A stretch of DNA of 64,000 bases, taken from Azolla caroliniana (taxonomy: Eukaryota; Plantae; Polypodiophyta). Location of the stretch: positions 7,006,001 through 7,070,000 of the forward strand of contig JBHGNT010000003.1 in the NCBI GenBank assembly GCA_043228905.1. Reading direction: 5' to 3'. Shown in pieces: positions 62,526-64,000 of the stretch (positions are counted from its first letter, which is position 1; the number at the start of each line of letters is the position of its first letter). The translations under genes and the position numbers were made by a program. A model generated the notes under the pieces. That model was not told the origin of the DNA. It did not search any database and worked only from the letters and a program-made list of their open reading frames with translations.

Positions 62526-64000
62526 AGGGAGGGAGGGGCCAAAATGGCCTTTAAGACCAAATAAGATATTACATCTTGAATGTTGTCTTGTCTTTGAGAA
62601 CAAATCAAAATAAAATAAATATTACATAGTAAATATAAAAGTAAATAAGATGAAAAGAGAAGAAACGAGGGAATTTGGTTTTTGGCACATGTGAGATTCT
62701 CAAGTTAGGTATATTGTAGCTTTTGTCTTCGAAATATCTCTAGCATAGGTCAATCCAAAATGGAAATGTCTCCGAATCGAGGGAAGCACCTATGATGGCG
62801 GGAGATAATGGCTTTTATTTGTCGATGACAAGGGTGTCGAGGTCGTGGTCCATGGGGCTGGGGCCTACGTGCACGACAAATTGCTATTGCCTGATCAATT
62901 GTAACCCCTTTGTTATGTCTTGGTCTGGAGCCCATTTGTGTATCCCATGATGGACTTGTAGCATTAGTAGGAGTGATGGGGCTAAAGAAAGTTGGATTGT
63001 TCTTTGTGGATGAGCTTGTGTGGCAGTGTTCTTCAACAACTTTTCCCGATGTCTCTTGAGCTCTAGCAAGAAAAGTCCTAGGCATCGTTGGTCCTCATAT
63101 TCCATTACCTTGCGTAGTGGGCCAAAGCCTTGTTTAAAGAGGCAATGGTATCTCCCTCTGATTTCATAAAAGACACGACAATGACAAACATAGTGTTCCT
63201 TAGATTTCACTCCTTGATGACACAATTGGCAAATTCTCTCTTCTAGAGGTAGTTGTGTATATCTGCCTACCTCAATCTGTAGCTGATGTGATGAAGTTCG
63301 CAGCTGCCCTATCACACTACGCAACACATAGGATAGATGTATGTCCATATAAGGTGGCCTGATGACGAATCCATCCTCCGATGCATGTTAGAAGTGCGTC
63401 TTATAGTGGACCATCTTTGTACCAAGTGGTATTTTGTGGGTGGTCCATGTTATCTTATTTTCCAAGTTAATAATATCAGTTCGGATCACTCTATTCTTTT
63501 CCACTTTGGTCATTTTTAGGTGGGGACTGTCCAGGCTATGTTGGAACGGGGGTAGTGCATTTATACTCATGCCATGTGACTCGAACCATTGCTGTATTTC
63601 AGCATACCAACAATGAGTGTCTCCATTTTCAGCCAGTTGTCTTGATGACATAAGTGCCAACCTTGGGTACCTTCATTTAGGGAGCTCCCAAAGACGTTGG
63701 ATAAATGTCACTGATCGGAACAATGCCTCGGTTATTATAGGCGCTGCTCCCATCTCTGCCTGGATTATATATCGTGGGGCACCGATGCTTTGCTTGTGAG
63801 CAATCATTGACACTAAAGGTCTCTCTAAATCTTTCCAATGATTTTCCTTGTCAAGACTCTGTCCCCATGTTTTTACTCCATAGAGAAGAGTTGGAGTGAC
63901 AAGTGTATCAAATAACCATAGCTTAATCTGTGGCTCTTGGAACTGCAAATGTGCACATTGTCTCTTGAGAGCTCCAAGGGCTGCATATCCACAAGAAAGT
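62484..64000 (-). mobile_element. Degenerate RTE/RTEX-like LINE 3' part abutting (GA)n
   Basis: LFDTLVTPTLLYGVKTWG and QLRTSSHQLQIEVGRY...CQLC...EHYVCHC (C-terminal CCHC), with frameshifts. (GA)n at 62484-62520. Confidence 0.75.

Overview
Plant nuclear genomic DNA. It has spliceosomal introns, a PLS-class PPR gene and plastid-derived inserts; the flavour suggests a seed-free land plant such as a fern, but the species cannot be determined. Positions 1-~19.9 kb are a nested LTR-retrotransposon stack: Copia A lies inside Copia B, inside the 5' LTR of non-autonomous Gypsy C (tRNA-Trp primer), inside Gypsy D, inside old Copia F, and a very young, nearly intact Copia E also sits in D. Gypsy D has an atypical FLDD RT motif and a candidate -1 ribosomal frameshift cassette (G-GAT-TTT plus a pseudoknot) placed after the protease. 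Positions ~20-39 kb hold solo LTRs, a family of hAT-like 8-bp-TSD elements carrying host gene fragments (CBS-PB1 exons with introns; a DUF247 piece), MITEs, an old complete Copia, a young 5'-truncated LINE and a mosaic plastid insert (ndhB+ndhH). Positions ~43.6-64 kb are genic: an SBT1-type subtilase with a repeat-filled intron, an intronless PLS-E PPR gene, and a divergent multi-exon DUF3754-like gene preceded by a 30-bp minisatellite. Its introns contain RTE-like LINE pieces and a small TGT...ACA TIR element. All calls are from reading the sequence; no database searches were run.
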